A DNA stretch of 64,000 bases, taken from the NCBI GenBank assembly GCA_030704615.1, contig CM060731.1, positions 20,956,001 through 21,020,000 of the forward strand, read 5' to 3'. This DNA comes from Takakia lepidozioides. Lineage: Eukaryota > Plantae > Bryophyta. Positions 40,301 through 52,297 of the stretch are shown in pieces; position 1 is the first letter of the stretch, and every line of letters starts with the position of its first letter. A model generated the notes under the pieces. That model was not told the origin of the DNA, did no database searches, and saw nothing but the letters and a program-made list of their open reading frames with translations. Position numbers and translations under genes: made by a program.

Positions 40301-41321
40301 GAATTTCTGGACTACATCGATAAGGAATGGCGTCCTAAAATAGCAATGTGGTGTACATCAGCTTGCCATGTTCCGCATGCCAGTCAAGATACAAACGCTA
40401 GCATTGAGGCATACCATGGAAACTTGAAGGCAAGACTGAGGATGGGGAAAGGCAAAATGACTGGGCATAAAATGGATTGGCTCATATGGGAACTCATAGA
40501 CCATGTGCTAACACACTACTGGTATGCAATTCACTTAAAGACGCACGGATTCATAAGGAATGACAAACACGAGAAGTACATGTCCAGTTCTGTGCTTGCG
40601 GCACACGATATCCTAGCTTGCAATATCACTCTTCCGTTCCATCCTGGGCAACCAGCCTATGTTCTAAGCACCAATCACCCAAACACAATTTACATTGTTT
40701 ACAACCCCGGATGAAAATGGGCTTCTTGCACTTGCCCATGGGCAATGAAGGGCAATTTGTGCAAGCATCAAGTCTGAGTCATGAAGTTGCTTCATCCACA
40801 CTTGCAGGATGGACTCATAGTGCGCGCTTGTGGCACGGCGCTGGGAACCATTCATGGAGGATTGCATAATGTGTTTAGGGTTCATGCAAGTGGCGGCGAC
40901 GAAGAGGGTTTGGGAAATGCAACAGAGGGCCCTTCCACAGATGACTTCCCCTATGATGCGGAGCCTGTCCTCGTACCATCCTCCATGGATGAAGAATTTG
41001 CAGACATACTTCGCATTGTTGGTGACGACAAATACCTGGAGAAACATGTGTTGTCTTCTCTTCGTATCTGTAGGGGGCAACTTGTTGATACTCGCCAAGA
41101 GTGTTGCAGGAATGTTGCACCCTGCGGCAGCAAAGAGCTTCCGTCTTGTAAATGACAACAACAATATGTCGCTGAAAAAGAAACGGGATTTCGTCGAGGC
41201 ATGGAAAACGCGACCTAGGGTCTTACGCAAAACAGGGAAGAGAGTTGGTGCCCCAACACCTGCAGTACACATATACTCCACAATCCGGAGGGTTGCAGAC
41301 CGTATACCAGTTGTAAAGTAG
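37374..41321 (+). mobile_element. Mutator-like (MULE) DDE transposase with SWIM finger, intron-containing and pseudogenised
   Basis: Exons ~37374-37699, 37825-38560, 38650-38849, 40084-41321. Motifs: IPWDRVDDFLLGE, YGPDD, KRGCQCCF, CHG, TRDDFL, IGIQTEWQ, ACDTTFGTN (D), FIVDDAVAE (D), LWHVRR, DTNASIEAYHGNLK (E), CTCPWAMKGNLCKH (SWIM). From recall it resembles the At4g13970/At1g60560 SWIM family. Several premature TGA codons. Confidence 0.85.
39131..39575 (+). repeat. 100-bp minisatellite (about 4.5 units) in transposase intron 3
   Basis: CC(G/A)CTGGCAGG starts at 39131, 39231, 39331, 39431 and 39531; degenerate copies lie on both sides. Confidence 0.93.
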
Positions 41322-42042
41322 AGTAGGAAATGTAGGAAATGATACAGTATCATTCTCCCGAGGAAATAAAATTTCGGCGGTACGATTGCATGTGCACCAG
41401 ACTTCCAACTTGTCTGCCAACCAGCCTGGTAAACCAGTCTTCTGGCGTCTGAACCAGTATGCTCAACCAGTCTTCTGGTGTCTGAACCAGTCTGCTGTAC
41501 CATGCTGGGACTCAGTCTTCGACTGGCCATTCTGAGTACGGTGGACTCTCACTTACTCTGCTGACCAGACTTGACAGACTACTGGCCAATGCCATCTGCC
41601 TGTACTCTACCACTCCGGTGACTCTCGATAGTCTGCTCACCAGTGCAGACTCATGGTTCCCAATCGCATCTGCCTGTCTACCGGACTGGTCCCAACTCCT
41701 CAGTCTGTCGGACTCTCGTCAGTCTGGCGACATTGCCCTCTATCTGCTCACCAGCCTAGGCATACCCTCTTCCCGTACCCTGACAGTCTGCTGACTCTCG
41801 GCTGTTTGCTGACCAGTGGATTCCCTTGGTATGTTAAACAAAATGATTGTGTGTGCAGGGGTAAGTCCGCTTAACAACATGCAGTGAATTGGTCACAAGT
41901 CTACAACGAGTACTCCACACTGCACTCATATGCGACCAATAGGATGTGTATGCAAAGTCATCTTTTATTTCGTTGTAAATGCTCAAAAGCATGCTTACAT
42001 GACAAATGTGTCTTATGGTGCACCTCGGGCCCAGATGGATAT

Positions 42043-42466
42043 CTATGAGGATATTGCTTTCTCAGCAGCGGCCAAACCAGTCAAGATGTACTTAAGACAC
42101 TGCATCCGTTGGCCAAGTGCAAACTTGAACGTAAACCAGTATTTCGTGAAAGGTACTCCTCTCTCTGCCCTTTTAGAAGAGGTTCGACTATGCCCAGTTT
42201 GTAGCCATTCATAATATCCTTGGATGACGGACATGACGTAAAACCCGCATTCCCAGCTGAATGGCTATTGGGGCACTTCAGGCTGGTTGAACTGAAATGC
42301 CCTAACCTCCTCCCAACCCGGTGAATCAATACTGTAGCCTAAACACTCCACATGCAGCTTCCGTATCCATGACAAAACATACGGGCAACCATGCAAAGAC
42401 TTGATGGAGTTCATGTGAGTGTAGCAGCCTTTCCGCACGTCGATGACAACAACACTCCAGTGCCCT
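42043..42466 (-). pseudogene. Ulp1-like (peptidase C48) catalytic-core exon
   Basis: After a TAG acceptor the minus strand reads GHWSVVVIDVRKGCYTHMNS...EVPQ*PFSWECGFYVMSVI...AISS*, the HW / (D)S / PQQ..xCG pattern of C48 proteases. It carries a CAG>TAG stop and an N where the catalytic D is expected. Confidence 0.82.
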
Positions 42467-42502
42467 CTACAAGACGATTCTCATGAGTCTCACGGCAGCA
42501 GT

Positions 42503-43223
42503 TGTCGTGGCCCTTTGCCTTGAGGGCAGGGGGTCGGGACGCAGAGGGGCTGCCCCTGTGGTGGGGGCGGTGGCAGTTATAGGTACGGGGGGCTGAAGCA
42601 ACCTTGAGTGCCCAATGCACTCAAGGAGGCGGATGCCACTCACTAGGTGGAGCCCCGAGGTTTGCGGTGGGGGTGGCTCCACAAGGGGTGGTGGTAGCTT
42701 AGTGGGACTTAGTGGGGGTGGCATAGGACTCACCATGGGGCGAAGACCTTGTGGTGGGAGTCGTGGGGAGTCTTGGGACTCACCACGGTCTAATGGGGCC
42801 GTGGTGGGTGGGCCAAGACTCACCGCGACCAATCACCGGGAATCGAGGGTCTTCGTGGTGGTTCACCATAAAATGGCATGGTTGTTTGTGAAAACCCCAC
42901 GGACAGTCACAGAAGTATATATAGGGAGTAGTAACCTCGAGAACGGTGCAAGCCCGTTGGTGACCAAAAACTAGTGAGTAAGCGAGTGAGCCGGAAAGCG
43001 ACCAATGAGTGGGGAGCTATTCCGGACTGCCATCCACCAAAGGGAATTTCCACTAGGCCCAAATTGGTGGAGGGTCTGCAGGGGGAAGAAAGGGGGACCG
43101 TTATGTCCCGGTGAGCAGCCGAAGCTCCGAGTTGGCCCGTGGGCCAGGTTGGGAGTTAGGCGCGCGCATCAAAGCGAGTGACTATGACTTGAAGGGGAGC
43201 TTACCAAAGTGAGGTGCGCGACA
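42503..43223 (+). repeat. 5' LTR of the gypsy element
   Basis: Termini TGTCGTG...CGCGACA form an imperfect inverted repeat; TATA-like GTATATATAG at ~42915; the PBS follows immediately. Confidence 0.75.
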
Positions 43224-43225
43224 CT

Positions 43226-43237
43226 TGGTATCAAAGC
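43226..43237 (+). promoter_or_regulatory. Primer-binding site (tRNA-iMet)
   Basis: TGGTATCAAAGC lies 2 nt after the LTR-terminal CA. Confidence 0.85.
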
Positions 43238-46200
43238 TTAGAGTTGAGTACGCGATCGTCCTTGGGATCGGCCTCATCATGGGGTCGGGCAAGCCAAAGC
43301 GAAAGCGGAACGGCCCGAAAGATGATGATCCTGGTGAGCCCGATGGGGGCGACGTGTCACCAAAGCGGCCATTTGAGGAAGCGATGCATGCTTTTGAAAA
43401 CGAGGCCGCTCAAGATCGGGAGGAATCTGAGGAGTCAGAGCCCGATGAATCCCTGAGAGCTCCGACAGACCAACGGATGCCTCCCATGCCAGCAGCCTTT
43501 TGGGAAGGGTTGTTGGCGCAGTTTGGCGGGACGTTGAAAGACGTGTTGAAGGCGGCTAATGCCACTTCTACTAAGGCAAAGTTTAAGGTGAAGCCTAAGG
43601 AACCCGGCACCTTCGAGGGCGTCCGAAATCGGAAGGCACTCAACACCTGGCTCTTGGAGCTAGAGCAGTACTTCCGGGCGGCCAAGTTGAGTGACGAGGA
43701 TCGGGTGGAAGTGGCTCCCACTTATTTGAGGGGCTATGCTCAACAATGGTGGCAGAAACGCCTTCACGACCGAGGCCCAAACCCGGAAACCTTGAATTGG
43801 AGTGGGTTTAAGGAACTTATGAAAAGACAGTTTGTGCCCCTCAACGCATCCTGGCTCGCCCGGGACAAGATGAGGAATTTGAAGCAAACGGAAGACATTT
43901 GGGGATATGGTCAGGCTTTCAATGTGCTGTTGCTCGAAGTCGCGGACATGGCAGAACCAGAAATGGTCTTCAACTTTGTGGCGGGACTGGCCCCGTGGGC
44001 CAGGCGGAAGTTGGAGGAGAAGCCACCAAAGACTTTGAACGAGGCAATTGAGAGGGCTGAATGTTTCTCGGATATCCCTAGGGGCGAAAGACAAGGCCGT
44101 ACGGAGTTAAACCACAAGAAGACCCGGCGGGAGGGTGACTCCTTCCGACCGGAAAAAAAGTGGGATAGGCCACGCGACGACAATGGCACATGGAAATCGA
44201 AGGGAGGGCCCTCACACGTCAAGACGGCACCCGGTGCCCCTAAAGGAAAACCAGGTGCGGCGGCTTATGGTGGACAGAAGGCGACCTTCGATGGAGTGTG
44301 CTTTAATTGCGGGGAACCCGGGCACATGGCAAAAAAATGCGCGAAACCCCGACAATTGAACATGACTCAGGCAACCACGGAGTTGTCCGAGGATTCCATT
44401 AGCCACTTGGTGGAGGCAGTGGTCGCCAAGACTTGCAAGGTAGACAATTACTCTTGTGAGTTGTATCAGGAAATTGGCGCCTTGCGTAAAGGGAGTCAGT
44501 TAATGTTTGTGAGTGGGATAATCTCCGGAATTAACGTGTCGTTGTTAGTGGACACAGGAGCGTCACACTCTTTTATGACACCGGCAACGGCACGGAAGCT
44601 GGGACTCCCGACAATTGATGTGGGGGCCTCTATTGAGGTGCGTTCTGCCAAAGGAGAACCACAATTGGCGACGAGGTTAGCGTTCGATGTTCCTCTTCCT
44701 CATCATCCTCCAAATTGGAGGCCCAGCGTAGCTTGCATTCCTTAGACGAGTACACCTATGACTCAAGTGATGGAGTTGGGAGGGACGTGAGAACTTCACC
44801 ATTTGCGAGATCGATGGAGTGGATCTCAATTTGGGGATGACCTTTTTGAGCAGATCCGGAGCGGTCATAGATGGCCGCAAGAGAGTAGTCACGCTATCGT
44901 GTGGGAATGGTGGCGAAGTTTTACGAGTGTCGGAAACGTCCAACCCCGTGGGAGGGCAAATAAACCTTCTGTCAGCAAGGGAGTGGGCCGTGGAGGAGTT
45001 ACACGAGCCCCAGTTTTTGCTTTATGTAAGACAAGTGAAGGGAGAAGGCGATGGGGAGCCAAGCCCAGATTGGATCAAGGGGATTTTGGAGAAATACCAG
45101 GATGTGATGCCGGAGGATTTACCAAGCGGCTTGCCACCGCGAAGGGGAGTTGACCACAAGATTGAGGTGATACCGAGATCGGAGCCGCCTGCCAAGGCGC
45201 CCTACCAGTTGAGCCACAGAGAGTTGGTCGAGCTGAAGACACAACTCAAGGATCTAATGTCAAAGGGGTACATCCAGCCGAATAAGTCACCTTACGGAGC
45301 CCGGCGCTATTCGCAGACAAGAAGGATCGCTGCGGATGTGTGTCGACTACAGGGCTCTGAATAAGGTGACTATCAAGAACCAGTACCCTTTGCCAAGAAT
45401 CGACGACCTCTTCAATCGGTTGGCAGGAGCGAAGTATTTCAGCCGGATCGATTTGCGCTCCGGTTACCATCAAATCCGAGTGGCGGAAGGAGATGAGGAG
45501 AAAACGGCGTGCATGACAAGATATGGTTCGTATGAGTTCTTGGTGATGCCTTTTGGCCTCACCAACGCACCTGCGACCTTTAGCACGCTAATGAACAGCC
45601 TTTTCTAGGAGTGGCTGGATGACTTTGTAATTGTGTACATCGATGACATCTTGGTGTACTCAAAAAGAAAGGAAGAGCACCTGGAGCACCTCAAAAGGGT
45701 GTTCCAGAAATTGCGGGAAGGGAAGCTGTATGCCAAAGCTTCAAAGTGCGAATTCGGGGTCACAAAAGTGGAGTTCCTAGGGCATGTGATTACACAAGAT
45801 GGGATCAAAATGGATGACAGAAAGGTGAGGGCGATCTTGGACTGGGAACCTCCGACTTCGGTCCCGGGAGTGCGATCCTTCCTAGGACTCACCTCCTATT
45901 ACCAAAAGTATGTGAGAACTTTCGCCAAGATCGCGGGGCCGTGTCAGACCTTCTGTGTAAATCCAAGGTATGGGTATGGAACACCTTTTGTGGCCAAGCT
46001 TTTGCCGAGTTGAAACAGCGGATGGCGGAAGCTCCAGTCTTGAAAATCCCGGAGTTCGACCGCCCATTTGAGATTCATACAGATGCGTCGGACTTCGCGA
46101 TTGGGGGTGTACTTATGCAAGATGGACGTCCAGTGACTTACAAAAGTAAGAAACTGAATGAAGTGGAGCGATGGTGGCCGATGCACGAGAAAGAGATGAA

Positions 46201-47936
46201 GGCGGTGGTGCATTGCCTTGAGCTTTGACGCCACTATGTTGGTTCCAACCCGGTGAAGGTATTCACGAACAATGTCACGGTGAAGTATTTTGCCACGCAG
46301 CTTAAGTTGTCCCCAAAACAACTTAGGTGGCAAGATACTTTGGCGGTGTTCGACGTGGATATCCAGTACAAACCGGGACGGGACAATGTGGTGGCCGATG
46401 CTTTAAGTAAAAAGCAGCAGCTCGTGCTGGTGTACAGGGGCGAGACGGCGCTCCAAAGGAAGATCCGGAAGGCTTACCGGAAGGATGAGATGACGAAGTC
46501 CGTGATGCGGGACTTGAGGATGGGGATTAAATTGTAGTTCCACTTGCAAAATGGACTGCTCCGGTACAAACAAAAGTGTCTCTACGTGCCGAAGGGATGA
46601 ATCAGAGATAGTCTCTTGAGAGAATGCCATGATGGCCCGCTTGCGGGCCACGGCGGAGCCAAGCGCACCACGGCACTCTTGAAGAAAGAGTATTTCTGGC
46701 CCAAACTGAGGGAGGAGGCTGAGGAGTATGTCAAGACATGCACCACATGCCAACAAAACCGGAGCGAGTACAAAAAGCAAGCGGGGCTGTTACAACCTTT
46801 GCCGATTCCAGATGGGTCTTGGGAAAGTGTCTCGATGGATTTCATGACTACTATGCTACTGTCAAAAGGATTCGATACAATCATGGTGGTGGTGGATAGG
46901 TTCAGTAAAATGGGCCATTTCATCCCCACCAAGGAGACGGCAACGGCGCAAGAGACGGGGCGACTTTACTTCGCCCACGTCTTCAAGCATCATGGACTCC
47001 CGAAGGATATTGTCTCGGACCGCGATCCAAAGTTTACGAGTAAATTTTGGAGGGCACTTTGGAAGAAGATGGGGACGAGGCTCAAGATGAGCACCGTCTT
47101 GCGACTTACAACAGACGGCCAAACGGAAAGGGTGAATTCCGTGGTGAAGCAGATCTTGCGGAATTACGTGTCGGTGGACCAATCGGACTGGGTGGAGCAC
47201 TTGGACGCGACAGAGTTTTGTTATAATAACACAAAACACTCCGCAACGGGTGTTTCCCCTTTCGTATTGGTCTATGGAAAAACACCTCTAGTGCCAACAA
47301 GTTGGGCTGCCCAAGACGTTGAGGAACCAGCAGCAGCAGCGGTGTTGGAGGAACGCGAGCGCTTGTTGAAGCTCGCAAAGTACAACATCGCCAAAGCTAG
47401 GAAACAGAATGAATGGCAGACAAATCGGAAACGGAGGGAAGTCAAGTTTGAGGCAGACACGGAGGTCTGGTTGAACATCAAGAATTTTCGACTACCTCCC
47501 GAAGTGAGTCCGAAGTTCATACCCCCGTATGCGGGACCCTTTCGTATCCGGAAGGTTATGAATGAGGATGTGTATGAATTGGAGCTGCCGGAAAACAGCA
47601 AGGTGCATCCGGTATTCCACGTCTCCCTTTGGAAGCCGTACTTCAAATATGAAGCGCGTCTGAATCGGCATCAAGTGTTGCGTCCGCCACCTGTGCTGTT
47701 GGATCATGAAAATGAACCCGAGTACGAGGTGGAGGGAGTGCTTAAGTCGAGGAGGTTCAAGAATCGAGAAACGGAGTATCTCGTGAAATAGAAGGGCTAT
47801 CATCATGTGAAGGCATCTTGGGTGCGTGCCTCAGAAATGGGAAACGCATCCGAGGCGGTTGCAGCTTTCGAAGGGCGACCTCAAAAGCGGAAAAAACGTT
47901 GATGGGGACATCAACCTTGGATCGTGGGGGAGGAAA

Positions 47937-48405
47937 TGCATGCTTAGCCCGGCTTAGCTAGCCCAAGAATCCGATTGCAAAAACTTGTGTTGTACAAAAT
48001 TTGTTATAAATGAAATGGTTTCCAAATGTTGCGCCTCCTATTTTGTTTGGAATGGTGATGCATGGTATGGTTGGCTAGTGTGTAGAATGCATGCTAGCTT
48101 ACAAAAGTGGGAGAGGTAAATTGGATTAATCGTGTGTTTGCGCAGAGCCAAAATCGGATGACTCCCATCCAAAGGGCAAAGAAACTTGCGCCTTCTTTGG
48201 GAGTTCACGTGCTAGTGTGCACCTGGCGCGTGCGTGTACTATAACTGCGTTACTGAGGGGGTTGCCTTGTAGTGCGGGCTAATGTGGAAGCTACGTGCTT
48301 CCGTTCACGTACTATAATCGTGTAGCCTCGGGACGAAGTCGTAGTGCAGCTTCGGCGTGTTCCCGTACCTCAGGCCAGCATTCCAAGGCGGACCCAATTG
48401 TAGTG
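47937..48405. mobile_element. Possible CACTA-type transposon terminus
   Basis: Ends in TGTAGTG (reverse complement CACTACA) with repeated GTAGTG and GTACTATAA motifs. No matching opposite end was confirmed. Confidence 0.3.
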
Positions 48406-48469
48406 ATTGGGGCACACGGTTGGTTCAAGTTTATCTTCCTAGTCAAAAAGCGTTCAAGGTGAATCCTTG

Positions 48470-49018
48470 CTCAAGGTGATGCCAAAAGCGGCATCATGTT
48501 CAAGAGACACATACGCCAGAGCCTAATAAATCGCCAAGAGGCCAGCTTTCTTCTAGGGGTCCACAAGCAAGCGGCTGCGATACCTCACCAGAGCCTGGAG
48601 AGTACAGGCAATAGAAGCTAGACAAGGCAGACGGCATGCGGAGGAGAGCAAAGGGCACAGATAGCGATGGTAGAATAGGAAAAGACTGTGAACTTGATAA
48701 GGATTATTACGACAAAGATGATGGAGAGGTTCAGCAGCCAGAGCTTGATTCAGACTTGGAAGAACCTTTGTTCCTGCCTGTTCTGTCCCAGCATCGGGCC
48801 ATTGACATGCTAATAGGGTGCACAAGTGGGGATGAGTTTGTGACATCAAACAAGATTGGGGAAGGCACATACGGAGTTGTCTTTCGTGCCAGGAATATGA
48901 AACATGAGATATTGTTGCATTGAAAAAAGTGAAGATGGAGAAGTTGTGAGAGGGTTATCCCATGACTTCACTGAGGGAAATCAATGTGTTGTTGTCATTC
49001 CATCATTCTTCAGTGGTT
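48470..49018 (+). pseudogene. CDKG: CDKG kinase fragment (linker and start of kinase domain)
   Basis: SPEPGE...IDMLIGCTSGDEFVTSNKIGEGTYGVVFRAR..IVALKKVKMEK..EGYPMTSLREINVLLSFHH, matching the CDKG PLTSLRE signature. It has stops and a frameshift and is cut off by the tandem array. Confidence 0.88.
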
Positions 49019-49380
49019 GGTATTGGTAGCTAGCTTGATCATGGACACTCTCTACTTGAAAGAATTGTAAAATATATTTTTGTGGTGAAATGGGAGCACC
49101 TGGTATGGGGTTGGCCATTTTGAATAACCTCTATGCCAGCCATTTGTGTGTTCATTTTGAAAAATAGGTGCCAATCATTGTCACAATGTCAGAATTGAAT
49201 GAGGGCAGTCGGTATGGGTAGCTAGCTTGATCAAGGACACTCTCTATTTGAAAGAATTTCAAAATATTTTTTTGTGGTAAAATGGGAGCACCTAGTATGG
49301 GGCTGGCCATTTTGACCAACCTCTATGCTAATCAATAAACGGGCCTTCATTTTTTAAAGGCACTATGGTGGCCACTTCTT
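49018..49380 (+). repeat. Second array of the ~190-bp repeat, about 2 units
   Basis: GGTAGCTAGCTTGATCA.GGACACTCTCTA.TTGAAAGAATT...AAATGGGAGCACCT.GTATGGGG matches 35010-35300. Confidence 0.88.
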
Positions 49381-49764
49381 AAGCCCAGGCTAGCTTGTTT
49401 GGAGGTAATTCTCAAGCTCTCAATAGTTTTATTGGCTAGTGAAACTAAATGGGCCTTTATTCTTTAGTAACTCTTAATCCTCCGTAGCCGCCCCTAGGGT
49501 AGAATTTTGTGCACATGTGCCCACCCGCGAGGCCTACCCCCTTAGAAGCAGGGACCACCTAGGCTGCAGCCGCTGGGCCCACCACATCCAGCCGCCGCTT
49601 AGGATGCAGCGAACTGCTCATGTGCCCGGCACAAGAGACACGTGGAGCCAGAGAGCATGGATAAATCATGGAGATAGTTGACAACAATATTCAGGTCTAC
49701 GGATTCACTTAAGAGGTACCTAGGCCTTATGAAAACTATAGCACCACAATTGGTTCTTGCATCC

Positions 49765-49787
49765 AGAGAGAGAATGTACTCATAAGA
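49765..49787 (-). mobile_element. 23-bp 3' tip of the RTEX-like LINE
   Basis: Reverse complement TCTTATGAGTACATTCTCTCTCT lies between GCATCC direct repeats (49759-49764 and 49788-49793). Confidence 0.6.
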
Positions 49788-50147
49788 GCATCCCCACCCT
49801 TGAGCCCGAAAAAATCCCTGTAACGCCAAAGATAGTGTCGTCGATTCAGTGCCTGCTAGGTTCTATGGTGGCGCGGCAGCCCGACTCGCACACACCCTTG
49901 TCCCCGCGCACCTCGCCTCCCATTGGCCGGAAGGGGCGAGGTCTCCGCTAAGATGCTGACAGGCACAAGCTTGGTCACGTTGACTTGGATTCAGGGATGT
50001 ATTCTGTGCACAGAATACAACGTTTGGGTTCAGTGTATGGAACAATATTCAGTGCGAGCTTTTCATGGGATATAGGGTTCAGTGCGTGGGTGGGGACGTT
50101 TCCCATGTTCCGTTGGCGTGCTGGGTTCAGTGTAGGGTGGGGATGCT

Positions 50148-50200
50148 CTAAGACGTTGTTTTACTGTACTAGCCTTGTGGCCATTGACCCCGCGCACAGA
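50148..50200 (-). mobile_element. Short 3' fragment of the RTEX-like LINE
   Basis: TAAGACGTTGTTT...TAGCCTTGTGGCCATTGACCCCGCGC matches 5078-5120. Confidence 0.7.
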
Positions 50201-52297
50201 ACTCCCTCTTGCCTGTAAGAACCAAAGCCAAATTCATCAAATCGTTGGAAATTTCAAGGACTACTCCGTAGACCCCCATAAGGTTAGAAAACTCACCCTT
50301 CCAAGTACGTGGTAAAATTGCTTTTTTTTAAAGGCCTATGCACCTAGCTCCAAGCTTACTCATTATCACCTCCAGTGACTTAGAAATTCTGATAAAATAT
50401 TCTGAGAAAGGTGATAAGTTGGCCTCGGAGATGAAGTTGTTTTGGACAACAAATTTAGCAAGAGAGGAGAGTGAGTAGCATTATCCTGTGCTCACCTTAA
50501 GTACTGCCTTGCTTCTTAGGGTTAGTTCAGACAATGTCATTTATGTGTATGCGAGAGAAAGTGCAGTAGATCCTTCTAGGATCTACTCGGGACAAAATCA
50601 CACTCCCACGCATTGAATGGAGCTAGCAAATAGTGTCACACCATGGCTCTCTGCATTGGCCTCATGTACCTTATCCAGCCGCACAAGGTCCTACACCTCG
50701 CCTCACTCGAGTTTTGAGGGCAGGCATCCATCAAACTTCCTCTTCAATCTTGGCTTGGTAGCCTGGCTCTGAGCTTTTTGTTTGTGGAGCTTAAAGATAA
50801 ACTGACACTTAGGCATCTAAAATCTACTTCTATCACTTTGCAAACCCACAATGGACTCCGGTTGACATCATCTAGGCTATCCAATGGAGATGGAGATGGA
50901 GATGTTGGATTTGAACCCTAACTCATCTGGGTGACACACGGTGCACTATCCAATGTGGTGACCAGGTTCTTCCCCCCTCTAGGTTTCCTAAAATAATATT
51001 CTTCAAGAACCAAGTGGATAGAAGGTGGCACACAGACCGCCCCAGTCTATTAGTTTGAAGGAGGCTGCGATTGCTGGCAGTCGAGCGCTTCAACATTCTA
51101 GTCTGCACAATCTCGTTCTGCTGTTGTGAAATTGGGTGATGAAATTTGGGGGTGAACATTCCTCTTGGATTGTAGTAAGGAAGATATTTGGCCTGCTCTC
51201 TGCTGGATCAACATCAAGCAAAGGAGGTGGAGGTGGAGGCAACGCTAAATACTGCGGCTTTTCATGCGTCTGAATTTGCAGGGGTGAATGTTTTCAACGG
51301 AGAGATCCAGACTCCATATTGATCCCAGCAGAAAGGGCGTTAGACTTGGCCGAAGAAGTTACAGATCTTCTCCTACTTCCCATAGTATCTGCCGGTATCC
51401 CTGCCATATGTGTCAATCTTCTTGAATCTGTTCTTTTGCATTTGATAGACTCGAGAGATCTGTTTTGGTTGTTGCGGAAGAGTGATCAGTTATCATTCGT
51501 CAACCACCCCAAGACGTTCATATCTCCATGGAGCAAGACGGGTTATTCTGCAAAGAAGCTCCCTTGCAGCGGTGACACCATCTCTTATAGGCTCTCTGTC
51601 CCTCTCTGAGTCCGAGCAGTGGGGGCACAGCTGTGGCGCTGCAGTCAGGCACGGATACAGTTTGGTGCTGAAGGAATTAATGCATGGGATGGACGTCCAG
51701 GAAGGATGCGAGTGGTGCAGTGGCTCCTTCAATTACAGTTAATTACATGCGTGCAGGAAAATCTGTTCCAGTAGGTCCTTGATATGCAGGGCTTTGCACA
51801 TGCATCACTTTTGACGCTAATTTGCTCCTTGGAGGCGACCACATCTATCCGTTGTTGGTCTGTTCGTGGGTGCTTCTGAAGCGAGGTGTGGGTGAGGTTG
51901 GATACGACTTAGAAGATGGATGACCCTCTCGTTGGGTAGTGTGGGGAGGGAAGAAAGCCAGGTGAATTGTACTGCTGCAAATTGCAAATTTATGAGTTCT
52001 GTTTTTTTGCCTTCCTTCTCGTTAGCCCCACACGGTTTGAAATTTTTAGGGAAGGGTAGAAAGGTGGATAGTGAAGTGTGTGACGCGGGGCAGCAGTTGC
52101 TTGCTGTGCATGGACTACGTCTCTTGCAGCTGGAGTTGCATAGACTGTGAGACTGCAGAAGTCTATCGTGATTTGCAGGGTTACCCAACCTTACATGGGA
52201 ATTTGAGCGGAGATGGACTATTAGCGAACGTGGAACAGTCAATCACAGCGTGTCCGTGGTGACTGGCCACCAGAACCGGGTTTCAAGGGAAGAAAAG

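Larger units (their letters stand above)
42503..47936 (+). mobile_element. Ty3/gypsy chromovirus, degenerate, 3' LTR absent
   Basis: 5' LTR, tRNA-iMet PBS, gag with CFNCGEPGHMAKKC, protease LVDTGASHSF, RT YIDDILVYS, RNase H TDASDFAIG, integrase HDGPLAGH..CTTC/SDRDPKF, chromodomain EYEVEGVL..YLVK*KGY..SW, polypurine tract GGGGGAGGAAA 47926-47936. Many stops and frameshifts. Confidence 0.93.

Noticed and set aside
44695-44765. ~70-bp insert disrupting the gypsy protease
   Set aside because: No TSD, termini or source could be identified; treated as repair filler.
37374-47900. In-frame TGA/TAG codons at conserved W/Q/R positions as possible U-to-C editing or readthrough
   Set aside because: These are nuclear TEs that also carry frameshifts. 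The changes are C>T/G>A transitions expected from methylation-driven decay, and plant U-to-C editing is organellar.
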